Assembly: GCF_000803625.1 (NCBI RefSeq)
Contig: NZ_CP007496.1
Coordinates: 150,001 to 182,000 of the forward strand
Reading direction: 5' to 3'
DNA length: 32,000 bases
DNA from: Candidatus Nanosynbacter lyticus
GTDB taxonomy: Bacteria > Patescibacteriota > Saccharimonadia > Saccharimonadales > Saccharimonadaceae
The notes beneath the pieces are model-generated. The model was given only the letters and a program-made list of their open reading frames with translations, searched no databases and was not told the origin of the DNA. This document shows positions 7,218 through 15,663 of this stretch, in pieces (the stretch's first letter is position 1; each line of letters opens with the position of its first letter). The position numbers were made by a program, and so were the translations under genes.

Positions 7218-8045
7218 GTGATCACTAAAGCTATCATTCCAGTTGCCGGTTGGGGTACGCGGATGCTACCGATTACCAAATCAATCGAAAAGTGTATGCT
7301 GCCGGTGGGGACGCGGCCGGTTGTTGATTATATCGTGCAAGATATTGTTCGGGCGGGCGTGAAGGATATTTATTTCGTGGTCGGTGAACAAAGCACTCAG
7401 GTACAGAGTTATTATCGGTCAAATATTCAGCTGAACGATTATTTGCGGCGCGCTGGTAAACAGGACAAATTAGCTCTGGTAGCGCCGCTCCGTGACGTGC
7501 GAATACATTTTTTAACCCAGCCAAGTACTGGGGGTTATGGCACGAGCATCCCGGTGGGATTGGCGAGTGAATTCATTGAGCCGGGTGAGTCGGCGTTTGT
7601 GGTGATGGGCGATCAATTTTTCTGGCGTGTTGACGGCGGTTCAAATGCCGCAGACTTGGCAGAGCTGGTGAAGTCGCGTGGGCTGTCGGCTGGTTTGTTG
7701 GGTAATCCTGTTGAAGAAGCTTTTATTCCTCAGACGGGTATCATCGAAACTGACGAGCAGGGCAATTTTGTCCGCATCATTGAGAAGCCAAGATTAGAAG
7801 AAGCGCCAAGTAACCTCAGCAATTCAAGCTTTTACGTTCTCAACAAAGAAATTTTCGAACTGGCACGGACATTGCCTGCCAATCCACAGCGCGGTGAATT
7901 TGAGCTGACTGACGCCATCAACGCGTACATTGCGAGTGGCGGTATCATCGCGGTGGGCGAGGCCAAGGGCGACTATATGGAATGCGGTTCGCCCAGTGGC
8001 TGGTTGCGGGCAAATAACGCCATGGCTGAGTTACAGAGAAACTAG
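7218..8045 (+). CDS. galU: UTP--glucose-1-phosphate uridylyltransferase (sugar nucleotidyltransferase)
   Basis: N-terminal KAIIPVAGWGTRMLPITKSIEKCMLPV matches the GalU signature. I prefer the in-frame GTG at 7218, with GGGAGG at 7207-7212, over the TTG at 7197. Confidence 0.85.
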   Translation: MITKAIIPVAGWGTRMLPITKSIEKCMLPVGTRPVVDYIVQDIVRAGVKDIYFVVGEQSTQVQSYYRSNIQLNDYLRRAGKQDKLALVAPLRDVRIHFLTQPSTGGYGTSIPVGLASEFIEPGESAFVVMGDQFFWRVDGGSNAADLAELVKSRGLSAGLLGNPVEEAFIPQTGIIETDEQGNFVRIIEKPRLEEAPSNLSNSSFYVLNKEIFELARTLPANPQRGEFELTDAINAYIASGGIIAVGEAKGDYMECGSPSGWLRANNAMAELQRN

Positions 8046-8065
8046 TTGCATGTATCGTCCGTCTC

Positions 8066-8074
8066 TGTTATAAT
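8066..8074 (+). promoter_or_regulatory. Extended -10 promoter TGTTATAAT for rplU
   Basis: TGn plus TATAAT, 35 nt upstream of the ATG at 8110. An AAGGAA SD is present. Confidence 0.5.
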
Positions 8075-8109
8075 TAGATACTGATAGTAAATATATATTA
8101 AGGAACGAA

Positions 8110-8415
8110 ATGAAAGCAGTCGTAAAAATCTCTGGCAAACAGTATATTGTCAGCGAAAAAGAGTCCCTCTTGGTGGATCTCCTCCCTGAAGGCACAAAAG
8201 AACTCACTCTCGACGCACTTTTAGTGATTGATGGTGATAAAACAAAAGTTGGCACACCAACCGTAAAAGGCGCGGTGGTGAAGGCAAAAGTTGTTGAGGC
8301 GGAAGTCAAAGGCGATAAAATCCGCGTTATCCGCTACAAGAGCAAAAAACGCGTTCACAAAGAAACTGGTCATCGCCAGAAGTACACCAAGATTCAGATT
8401 ACGTCAATCAAATAA
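8110..8415 (+). CDS. rplU: 50S ribosomal protein L21
   Basis: MKAVVKISGKQYIVSEKESLLVD...RYKSKKRVHKETGHRQKYTKIQI is a typical L21. Confidence 0.95.
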   Translation: MKAVVKISGKQYIVSEKESLLVDLLPEGTKELTLDALLVIDGDKTKVGTPTVKGAVVKAKVVEAEVKGDKIRVIRYKSKKRVHKETGHRQKYTKIQITSIK

Positions 8416-8424
8416 TTGAAAGAG

Positions 8425-8451
8425 CCGCTTCCATCAGAGAAGCGGTTTTTT
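8425..8451 (+). terminator. Intrinsic terminator after rplU
   Basis: Stem CCGCTTC (8425-8431) pairs with GAAGCGG (8439-8445) around a 7-nt loop. T6 follows at 8446-8451. Confidence 0.75.
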
Positions 8452-8477
8452 GGTGTCTGTTATTTCTGTTTCGCTCA

Positions 8478-8486
8478 TGCTATAAT
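8478..8486 (+). promoter_or_regulatory. Extended -10 promoter TGCTATAAT for parAB
   Basis: TGn plus TATAAT, 24 nt upstream of the ATG at 8511. SD is AAGGGGA. Confidence 0.5.
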
Positions 8487-8510
8487 TAGGGCAGGTAAAA
8501 AGGGGAACGA

Positions 8511-9275
8511 ATGACAAAAATCATTGCGGTGACAAATCAAAAAGGTGGCGTCGGCAAAACAACGACGTCAATTAACGTAGCATATTTTTTGGCAAAGGCT
8601 GGAAAAAAAACATTGTTGGTGGATTTTGATCCGCAGGGCAACGCAACCAGCGGTCTGGGGGTTGATAAGCAGAATCTGGGCGCAACGATATCTGAGGTGA
8701 TTATGCGACAAATTGATTTGGCGAATATTGTCCTGCCGACCGAATATAAAAATCTGTCGATTGCACCAGCCACGCCTCACCTGGCAAATACAGAAGTTGA
8801 ACTAGCCCAGGCGGAAGGCAGGTTTATTCGTTTGCGTGAGGCGTTAAAAAAAGCAACAGACTATGATTATATCATTATTGATAGCCCGCCGAGTCTGAGC
8901 TTGTTGACCGTTAATGGCATGATTGCCGCTAATTATGTACTGCTGCCAGTTCAGGCGGAATTTTATGCGCTGGAGGGATTGGGGCAACTACTTGAAAGTA
9001 TGAAATTGATAAAGAAGGGGCTTAATCCACCTTTGGAATTATTGGGTGTTTTGCTGACGATGATGGATTCTAGAACTACATTGTCTGGGCAAGTTCATGC
9101 GGAAATTAAGAAGTATTTTCCGGATAAAATTTTTAAGAATAACATTCCACGAAATATTCGCTTGGCAGAGGCACCTAGTCACGGCGCGCCAGTTGGCGCC
9201 TATGATCGATTTTCAAAGGGCTCTCGCGCCTATAAAGCATTAACGAAGGAAATTATAGAGAGGGTGGAGCGATGA
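8511..9275 (+). CDS. parA: Chromosome partitioning ATPase ParA/Soj
   Basis: Deviant Walker A KGGVGKTTT, then LLVDFDPQGNATSGLG. The stop overlaps the parB start (ATGA). Confidence 0.93.
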   Translation: MTKIIAVTNQKGGVGKTTTSINVAYFLAKAGKKTLLVDFDPQGNATSGLGVDKQNLGATISEVIMRQIDLANIVLPTEYKNLSIAPATPHLANTEVELAQAEGRFIRLREALKKATDYDYIIIDSPPSLSLLTVNGMIAANYVLLPVQAEFYALEGLGQLLESMKLIKKGLNPPLELLGVLLTMMDSRTTLSGQVHAEIKKYFPDKIFKNNIPRNIRLAEAPSHGAPVGAYDRFSKGSRAYKALTKEIIERVER

Positions 9276-10150
9276 AAAAAGGTTTAGGTAGGGGTTTCGA
9301 GTCGTTGATCCCAACTAATTTGATTGATGAAACATTTGATCCGACAGCGCAACAGGATGAAAAAGTGTCGCGCTTGAGAGATATTGCAATTGATAGAGTT
9401 GTTCCAGATCCAGATCAGCCGCGTCGCTTTTTTGATGAGGCCGCCCTGAATGAGCTGGCAGAGTCGGTGCGTGAGCACGGTGTGGTCCAGCCAATTGTGG
9501 TGACGCCAAAGGGCGATAAATATTTGATTGTGGCGGGAGAAAGGCGCTGGCGTGCTGCTAATAAGGCTGGATTAACAGAAGTGCCTTGTATTGTTAGGAG
9601 CATGAACGACCAGAATCGTTTGGAGATTTCTTTGATTGAGAATTTGCAGCGGCACGATTTGAATGCGTTGGAGACAGCTACAGCCTATCAGAAACTACGT
9701 GACCAGTTTAATATGACTTTAGAGGAGATTGGTAAGCGTTTAGGTGGTAAGTCCATTAGCGCCGTCAGTAATACGCTGAGACTACTGAAATTGCCAAAGT
9801 CTGTACAGAAAGCACTGTTTGAGGGAAGGCTGAATGAGGGCCAGGCTAGGCCGCTTATTGGTCTACCTGAAGAAGCGGCGGAAGATATTATGGAGCGGGC
9901 GATTCGTGAAGAATGGTCGGCGCGTCGGGTTGAGCAGGTGGTGACGCTGTGGAAGCAGGCTAAGGATAGTCCAATTGAGAATAAACGTCGTCCGGCGGAT
10001 ATGCCGCATGCGGACGTGGTGGCGAGCCTATCTAAGAGGTTTGGCACAGGTGTGAAGATCCGTACTAACGGGCGTGGAGCGGGTCAGATTAGTATCAAAT
10101 TTAAGGATGGTCTTGAGTTTGAGCGAATACGAGAATTGCTTGAAAGATAG
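9272..10150 (+). CDS. parB: Chromosome partitioning protein ParB/Spo0J
   Basis: Motifs GLGRGFESLIP, DPDQPRRFFDE, VVQPIVV and AGERRWRAA. Confidence 0.93.
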   Translation: MKKGLGRGFESLIPTNLIDETFDPTAQQDEKVSRLRDIAIDRVVPDPDQPRRFFDEAALNELAESVREHGVVQPIVVTPKGDKYLIVAGERRWRAANKAGLTEVPCIVRSMNDQNRLEISLIENLQRHDLNALETATAYQKLRDQFNMTLEEIGKRLGGKSISAVSNTLRLLKLPKSVQKALFEGRLNEGQARPLIGLPEEAAEDIMERAIREEWSARRVEQVVTLWKQAKDSPIENKRRPADMPHADVVASLSKRFGTGVKIRTNGRGAGQISIKFKDGLEFERIRELLER

Positions 10151-10161
10151 TTTTATTGGTA

Positions 10162-10767
10162 TTAGAAAGAGCGAATTTTATTGAAGGGGAATATCCGCAA
10201 ACTAACGGGACCAACTATGTCGTATAGAGGTATTGGTCCCATGCAGTTTCGGGAGTCGCATGAATAGCTACCTTGTCGGTGGTCGCCCATAACGAACACG
10301 GTGCCATCGGGCACGGTTGAATCAACATCGCCAGAAGTTGGTTGACCTGGCTCATTTTTATTAACAGAGGTGTCTGGATTGAAGCCATTAGGGTTTTCTT
10401 TATTGTAGACTGTCACGGTACCGTTTTTAACTGTTACTCTTTCTCCGGCAAATGCTATAATTCGCTTAACAATGTATTCATCCTTACCGGTTGAGGCGTT
10501 AAAATTAGGGTTCTTAAAAACAATAATCTCACCGCGCTTGGGAATGTAGTTCTTATTCTGTAATTTTGAAGATGTAACTGGCAAGCGATTGACGATTAAC
10601 CGGTCACCGGTATACATGGTAGTTTCCATACTGGCGCCTTCGACGTTAAATGTTTGAAACACAAATGTGTTCAATAAAATAGTGCCAATCACCACTCCTA
10701 CAACGAAAATGACCATTCCCAGGCCATCTTGTAACTTTGGATGACGATCCATAAAAGTAGCGTCCAT
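10162..10767 (-). CDS. lepB: Signal peptidase I (S26)
   Basis: GASMETTMYTGDRLIVNR (catalytic Ser box) and GDHRQGSYSCDSR. I prefer the start at 10767 (MDATFMDRHPK... followed by a TM helix). The ORF-track start at 10818 would translate the promoter region and overlap the divergent gene. Confidence 0.9.
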   Translation of the reverse strand: MDATFMDRHPKLQDGLGMVIFVVGVVIGTILLNTFVFQTFNVEGASMETTMYTGDRLIVNRLPVTSSKLQNKNYIPKRGEIIVFKNPNFNASTGKDEYIVKRIIAFAGERVTVKNGTVTVYNKENPNGFNPDTSVNKNEPGQPTSGDVDSTVPDGTVFVMGDHRQGSYSCDSRNCMGPIPLYDIVGPVSLRIFPFNKIRSF

Positions 10768-10774
10768 TGCTTTA

Positions 10775-10780
10775 ATTATA
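10775..10780 (-). promoter_or_regulatory. -10 element TATAAT 7 nt upstream of the lepB ATG (leaderless candidate)
   Basis: The minus strand reads GCTTATAAT-TAAAGCA-ATG. No SD is possible in that space. Confidence 0.45.
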
Positions 10781-10791
10781 AGCGTTTCGTG

Positions 10792-10800
10792 TGCTATAAT
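10792..10800 (+). promoter_or_regulatory. Extended -10 TGCTATAAT 8 nt upstream of the LCP gene ATG (leaderless candidate)
   Basis: TGCTATAAT-CAATAGAT-ATG(10809). Confidence 0.5.
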
Positions 10801-10808
10801 CAATAGAT

Positions 10809-12455
10809 ATGAAATCACGCAAACAGTCGATGGACGGTTTTGTCACCGGACGACCGCAGCGAGCTTCGTTGGGGGAAATTTCTAGTAAGAAAACGACCAC
10901 AATCGGGCGTGTTAGTGATACCCAGGACAAGCCACGTGCTTTGAGTAATATTCAAGGTAATGTTCAACGTCCAGCTTCTACTGCCAATAAATTAAAGCAG
11001 AATATTAGCGAATCATTGGCAGCTATTGATGAGAGCGCCAAGCCATCACATCGACAGGAGCGGAAGCAAAAACGTAAGAAAAAGCTTATCGTGAGGGTTA
11101 TTCTTGCGATTATTGGGATTATAATAGCGATTGTTGCTGGCTGGTTACTCTTGAAGATATGGCAAACAATGCACAGTGTATTTGGTAATGGTAATATCTT
11201 CGATTTATTCTCGCAGCAGAAATTAAAAGAGGATTCTTATGGACGAAGTAATGTGCTGATTCTCGGTACAACTGATGACGATCCAGATCATCCGGGTGCA
11301 ACACTCACTGACTCGATGATGGTCCTTAGTGTTAATCAGACGAAAAAGGATGCTTACATGTTTAGTATTCCACGGGACCTATACGTTAAGTTTGGCATGG
11401 CATGTAATTCCGGCTATGCTGGTAAAATTAACGAATATTTTGGCTGTGTAAATAATGGCAATAGTCCGGAGGCCGAGACTGAGCGGATGGACAAAACAAA
11501 GAAATTCATCGGCGATATTTTTGGTATGGATATTCAATATGTGGCACATATCAATACAGCAGTGATTCGTGACGCGGTTAATGCGGTTGGTGGCGTTACG
11601 GTCAATGTGCAGAGTCGCGATCCGCGAGGAATTCTCGATCCAAGCATGGACTGGATGTGCCGTGCTAGGGAATTAAATGCTCAGCAGCGTCGAGCGCGTT
11701 GCCCAACTGGACATTACATGCAGCTGACTAATGGTAGTCATGAGATGGACGGTGAAAAGGCTATGTGGTTCTCTAGGGCTCGTGGACTGGTCGCACCGAC
11801 ATACGGCCTGGAACAGTCTAACTTTGACCGTGAGAAGAACCAGCAGTTGGTATTGATGGCTCTTAAGAGTAAGGCAACCTCTACTGGTACTTTAACAAAC
11901 TTTGGTAAAGTGACTTCACTAATGGATGCTATGGGTAAGAATTTGCGTACCAATATAGATACGAAAGAGATTCGGACTATTATGAACCTGGCGTCAGAAA
12001 TCAAGGAATCCGATATTCATCGGTTGAGCTTTGTGGAGTCAGACAATACATTGATGACAACTGGTACAGCAGGTGGTGCAAGTATAGTTCAACCAGCCGC
12101 AGGACTGTATGATTATAGCGATATTCGTGCTTATATAAAGTCAGAAATTTACTCCACGCCGCTATCCAAGGAAAAGGCAACGGTTGCTGTCTTGAACGGT
12201 AGCGGCATAAGTGGCGCTGCGCAGAAAGAGGCGGATAGACTGTCGGAGTTAGGTCTAAAAGTAGTTCATGTTGGCAACGCCCCGGGCAACGAGAAGTCGA
12301 CAAAAACTCGCGTCTATCAATTGCCAGCCGGTAAAGAAAAATCTGCTACAAAATCGAAGTTTGAGGAAATGTATGGTTCAGTTTCGTCTGACTCTCCAAA
12401 ATATAACCTAAGCGTTGACGCCCAGTTTATCGTTGTGGTGGGATCTGGATCATAG
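10809..12455 (+). CDS. LytR-CpsA-Psr (LCP) family cell-wall glycopolymer ligase with LytR_C-like C-terminal domain
   Basis: A basic or disordered N-terminus and a TM helix are followed by NVLILGTTDDD...TDSMMVLSVNQTKKDAYMFSIPRDLYV. The C-terminal part reads ATVAVLNGSGISGAAQKEADRL. Confidence 0.9.
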   Translation: MKSRKQSMDGFVTGRPQRASLGEISSKKTTTIGRVSDTQDKPRALSNIQGNVQRPASTANKLKQNISESLAAIDESAKPSHRQERKQKRKKKLIVRVILAIIGIIIAIVAGWLLLKIWQTMHSVFGNGNIFDLFSQQKLKEDSYGRSNVLILGTTDDDPDHPGATLTDSMMVLSVNQTKKDAYMFSIPRDLYVKFGMACNSGYAGKINEYFGCVNNGNSPEAETERMDKTKKFIGDIFGMDIQYVAHINTAVIRDAVNAVGGVTVNVQSRDPRGILDPSMDWMCRARELNAQQRRARCPTGHYMQLTNGSHEMDGEKAMWFSRARGLVAPTYGLEQSNFDREKNQQLVLMALKSKATSTGTLTNFGKVTSLMDAMGKNLRTNIDTKEIRTIMNLASEIKESDIHRLSFVESDNTLMTTGTAGGASIVQPAAGLYDYSDIRAYIKSEIYSTPLSKEKATVAVLNGSGISGAAQKEADRLSELGLKVVHVGNAPGNEKSTKTRVYQLPAGKEKSATKSKFEEMYGSVSSDSPKYNLSVDAQFIVVVGSGS

Positions 12456-12457
12456 TT

Positions 12458-12466
12458 TGGTATAAT
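12458..12466 (+). promoter_or_regulatory. Extended -10 TGGTATAAT 10 nt upstream of the ATG at 12477
   Basis: TGGTATAAT-AGAAGGAGTT-ATG. The AAGGAG in the spacer could serve as an SD only on read-through transcripts from the LCP gene. Confidence 0.45.
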
Positions 12467-12476
12467 AGAAGGAGTT

Positions 12477-13241
12477 ATGGAGTTACTAAAAACAGTTAAA
12501 CGCAGGACATTTTGGAGTGAACTGGTTTACTATGTCTTAAATATTGGCTTAGCGGCGGTACTATTTGCTATTGCCCAGACTATTCAGTCGCCATATCCAG
12601 CATTAGCGCTTGTTGTGCTGAGTAAATGGCGCATAATCGCCGTACGGCCACGTTTTTGGTGGGCAAACATGCAGGCTAATTTGGTTGATTTAACTGTTGG
12701 TGTCGGCGTGGTTGGCTTGATGTATTTATCTACGTCAAGTTTATATTTCCGAGCTTTCTTAGCGGTACTCTACGCTATTTGGCTGATTGTAATTAAGCCA
12801 ATGTCGAAGCGTTGGCAAGTGGCTTTGCAGTCAGCTATCGCTATTTTTATTGGGGTTACCGCACTAATGGCCGTATCTTATGATTGGCCAGTTTCTGTGG
12901 TCGTTTTCCTAATGTTCTTAATCGGCTATAGTACGGCACGTCATTTCCTACACAGCTACGACGAGAGACAAACTGTACTATTGTCTGCAATTTGGGGGGT
13001 CGTCTTTGCTGAATTAGGCTGGTTGGCTTATCATTGGGCGTTTGTCTACGGTGGTTTGTTATTCGGTGGTGTTCCGCAAATTACCATAATTTTGCTGTTG
13101 CTATCGCTCGTTACCAGCAAGGCTTATCAGTCGTATAAAAAGCATAAAATTGTTCGTTTTTCAGATATATCCGGGCCGGTAATCCTTACAATTGCTATTA
13201 TATTCGTGATGTTTGCGTTTCTCAATTCGGTGACTATTTAA
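12477..13241 (+). CDS. Polytopic integral membrane protein of unknown function (about 8 TM segments)
   Basis: A 254-aa ORF that is hydrophobic throughout. It sits between the LCP and HtrA genes with 20-21 nt gaps. I recognise no family motif. Confidence 0.7.
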   Translation: MELLKTVKRRTFWSELVYYVLNIGLAAVLFAIAQTIQSPYPALALVVLSKWRIIAVRPRFWWANMQANLVDLTVGVGVVGLMYLSTSSLYFRAFLAVLYAIWLIVIKPMSKRWQVALQSAIAIFIGVTALMAVSYDWPVSVVVFLMFLIGYSTARHFLHSYDERQTVLLSAIWGVVFAELGWLAYHWAFVYGGLLFGGVPQITIILLLLSLVTSKAYQSYKKHKIVRFSDISGPVILTIAIIFVMFAFLNSVTI

Positions 13242-13261
13242 TTGATAGGGGGTGAAAATAT

Positions 13262-14377
13262 ATGCAAAATTCTGGCAAACAGAAGAGATTAGCCTTATGG
13301 TTGGTTGGTGGTGTGGTGGGCGCTGCCACACTGGTTAGCATAATATTCTTAACGAGTTGGATAACGCTTCAGCTGGCTAATCGTCTATCTCAAGACGTAA
13401 AGCATGACGGTAATTCAATAACAGTAAGCGATGGCGACGTCTCAAAAGTTGTTGATAAAGTTTCACCTAGTGTCGTTTCTATAGTTGTCTCTAGTGAGGA
13501 TTCTGAGAAGATGGGCGCCGGGACTGGCGTTATTATTAGCGCTGATGGTTATGTTTTGACAAATAAGCATGTTGTTAAAAATTCTCAAAAAATTAGAGTA
13601 GTTACACATAATGGAGACCAATTTACCGACGTTTCATTGGTCGGTGTCGATCCACTTAATGACATTGCGTTTTTAAAAATCAAAGATGCTAAGAAGCTGC
13701 CAGTGGCAGAGCTTGGTAATTCTGGCACGGTAAAAGTTGGGCAAAAAGTTGTTGCTATCGGGAATTCTCTGGGGCAATATCAGAATACTGTGTCCAGCGG
13801 TATAATTTCCGGTAAAGGACGACCAGTTGTAGCAAGTTCTGACTCTAGGGGTTCTAAAACAGAAAGCTTAACTGACCTGTTGCAGACTGACGCGCCGATT
13901 AACCTTGGCAATTCTGGTGGGCCACTTATTAATATGGCAGGACAGGTGATTGGCATCAACACAGCTATCGCCTCTGACGCACAAAGCATCGGTTTTGCTA
14001 TTCCAATTAACGCCGTAAAAGGTATGGTGAGAGGCGTTATAAGCGGCAAGGGTGTCCAGAAGGCTTATCTGGGCGTCCGCTACGCATCTATTACGCCAGA
14101 CATTCAGTCAGAATATAAGCTGCCGGTAAAGTCTGGCGCTTACATCAATGGAGGGTCGGAGTCCACTATAGAAAAAGATGGTCCAGCCGATAAAGCTGGT
14201 ATAAAAAGTGGTGACATCATCACTAAGATTAATGATAAAAATGTTGGTGAGGACGGTAGTTTATCGACTTTAGTGTCTGAGTTTTTGCCGGGAGAGACAG
14301 TTAAGGTTACGGTTTTGCGCAATAATAAAGAGCTGGTTTTAGATTTGGTTTTGGGTACATATGAGCCGCAGAGCTAG
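13262..14377 (+). CDS. htrA: HtrA/DegP-family serine protease with PDZ domain, membrane-anchored
   Basis: N-terminal TM helix. The catalytic triad contexts are TNKHVV, NDIAFLKI and GNSGGPLIN. A C-terminal PDZ-like region reads GAYINGG...AGIKSGDIITKIND. SD GGGGGTG is present. Confidence 0.9.
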   Translation: MQNSGKQKRLALWLVGGVVGAATLVSIIFLTSWITLQLANRLSQDVKHDGNSITVSDGDVSKVVDKVSPSVVSIVVSSEDSEKMGAGTGVIISADGYVLTNKHVVKNSQKIRVVTHNGDQFTDVSLVGVDPLNDIAFLKIKDAKKLPVAELGNSGTVKVGQKVVAIGNSLGQYQNTVSSGIISGKGRPVVASSDSRGSKTESLTDLLQTDAPINLGNSGGPLINMAGQVIGINTAIASDAQSIGFAIPINAVKGMVRGVISGKGVQKAYLGVRYASITPDIQSEYKLPVKSGAYINGGSESTIEKDGPADKAGIKSGDIITKINDKNVGEDGSLSTLVSEFLPGETVKVTVLRNNKELVLDLVLGTYEPQS

Positions 14378-15169
14378 AATATAGTTAAGCCTTTTTTCTT
14401 CTTTGAATCCGTTTTTTATAGCAGTATCGATAATTCTACTATGTTGGCAGGGGTCGGCCTCAATGAATAGTAGTCCATTTGAAGTGAGACACCGTGACGC
14501 CTGTGATATTAATTCTAAGATTAGTTTAAGTCCTTCATCCTCAGCAAAGAGGGCAATTTCTGGCTCGTATTTGAGCTCTGGTGAAACGTCCCAATCCTTA
14601 TCAACATAGGGTAGATTAGCAAAAATATAGTCAACTGGTCTAATTTGCCCATTAAGTAAAGACTGCTGCTGAATTGTGACGTCTGCTTTCAGTGTGTCGG
14701 CGTTTTTTTCGGCAATTTTCAGAGCTGGTTTGCTAACATCGGACAAAATAACAGACAGGTTATTCCTCTCTAGTTTGGCGATTATTCCCAGACAACCAGA
14801 ACCAGTACCTACGTCAATGAGGGTTTTTTCAGTAATTTCACTAGCGGTCAATTCTAAGAATAAAGAAATCAAATCTTCGGACTCTGGGCGGGGAATTAGA
14901 ACTGATGGCGATACGGTAAATCTGCGGCCATAAAATTCTTTGTAGCCCAGAATATAAGCGATTGGTACGCGGTCTAATCTTAAATCTAATCTGGCATTGG
15001 CGATGTCAAATTTTCTGGGGTCAATTTCTTCATCCAGGTAAGCGTGTAGGTAAGTGCGGTTTTTCCGCAAAGTGTTGGCTAATATTAATTCAGCGTCTAA
15101 TCTGGCGGACGAAATTCCAATATTTTTCAGGGATTTGGTCGCTGTTTTTAACCAGTCAGAGATAATCAT
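14339..15169 (-). CDS. prmC: Release-factor glutamine N5-methyltransferase PrmC/HemK
   Basis: SAM motif DVGTGSGCLGI and the catalytic motif region FANLPYV (NLPY in place of the canonical NPPY). It neighbours prfA. Its 3' end overlaps the htrA 3' end by 39 nt. Confidence 0.88.
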   Translation of the reverse strand: MIISDWLKTATKSLKNIGISSARLDAELILANTLRKNRTYLHAYLDEEIDPRKFDIANARLDLRLDRVPIAYILGYKEFYGRRFTVSPSVLIPRPESEDLISLFLELTASEITEKTLIDVGTGSGCLGIIAKLERNNLSVILSDVSKPALKIAEKNADTLKADVTIQQQSLLNGQIRPVDYIFANLPYVDKDWDVSPELKYEPEIALFAEDEGLKLILELISQASRCLTSNGLLFIEADPCQHSRIIDTAIKNGFKEEKRLNYILALRLICTQNQI

Positions 15170-15176
15170 ATAGTTA

Positions 15177-15185
15177 ATTATAACA
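15177..15185 (-). promoter_or_regulatory. Extended -10 TGTTATAAT 7 nt upstream of the prmC ATG (leaderless candidate)
   Basis: The minus strand reads TGTTATAAT-TAACTAT-ATG(15169). Confidence 0.5.
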
Positions 15186-15247
15186 TATATCTATGGAATG
15201 TAAAAAGTGAAAGTACTTGCAAAATTACAGCAAGATTGTAGAAGATA

Positions 15248-15276
15248 TTGACAAATAAAGCCAAAGATAGTATTAT
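15248..15276 (+). promoter_or_regulatory. Promoter TTGACA-17-TATTAT upstream of the 15322 ORF
   Basis: -35 TTGACA at 15248-15253, a 17-nt spacer, and -10 TATTAT at 15271-15276, in an AT-rich 150-nt divergent region. Confidence 0.45.
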
Positions 15277-15321
15277 ATTGTTTATATTATTAAGCAAAAG
15301 AAATGGACGATATTAAATAGT

Positions 15322-15663
15322 ATGGTAGAAAGAAAGTATGAACTTCCCACCACCAGTAATGTGATTATGGGAATAGGCCTTGGTCTGGGGAGTGATGGAG
15401 GTGGAATAAGGCCTATGGATACAATAACCGAAGGGACAGCAACAGAGAGCGATACTGAAAGGTTGTTGAGCCGGTGGGAAGAGGCGCGTAGAAATATGAC
15501 TCCTGAAGAACAGAGAACTGCTAATGAAGCTGCTATCCGGGCTCTATATGAAAAGTATATGAAGCGTGCAGGTAATGAATCTTTGAGTCCGGAGCATCGA
15601 GAAAAATGGGATAAGGCTGCACGTGATCTAGAAGATAAATATACAGATTTATTTAATGATTAG
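15322..15663 (+). CDS. Hypothetical protein (113 aa, or 82 aa from the ATG at 15415)
   Basis: This ORF fills the gap between prfA and prmC on the opposite strand. The C-terminal two-thirds have a helical, charged composition. There is no SD at 15322. GGAGG/AAGG precedes the internal ATG at 15415. Its 3' end overlaps the prfA 3' end by 11 nt. Confidence 0.45.
   Translation: MVERKYELPTTSNVIMGIGLGLGSDGGGIRPMDTITEGTATESDTERLLSRWEEARRNMTPEEQRTANEAAIRALYEKYMKRAGNESLSPEHREKWDKAARDLEDKYTDLFND

Noticed and set aside
8416-10161. parS site (TGTTNCACGTGAAACA-like) expected near or within parAB.
   Set aside because: I found no 16-mer resembling the consensus by eye in or around parAB. GTTTCAC at 18782-18788 belongs to the rpsB leader hairpin and is not palindromic.
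14339-14377. 39-nt convergent overlap of the htrA and prmC 3' ends, as a possible annotation error or regulatory antisense.
   Set aside because: Both ORFs have intact conserved motifs up to near their ends. Short convergent overlaps are common in compact genomes. Without transcript data there is nothing more to support a special role.
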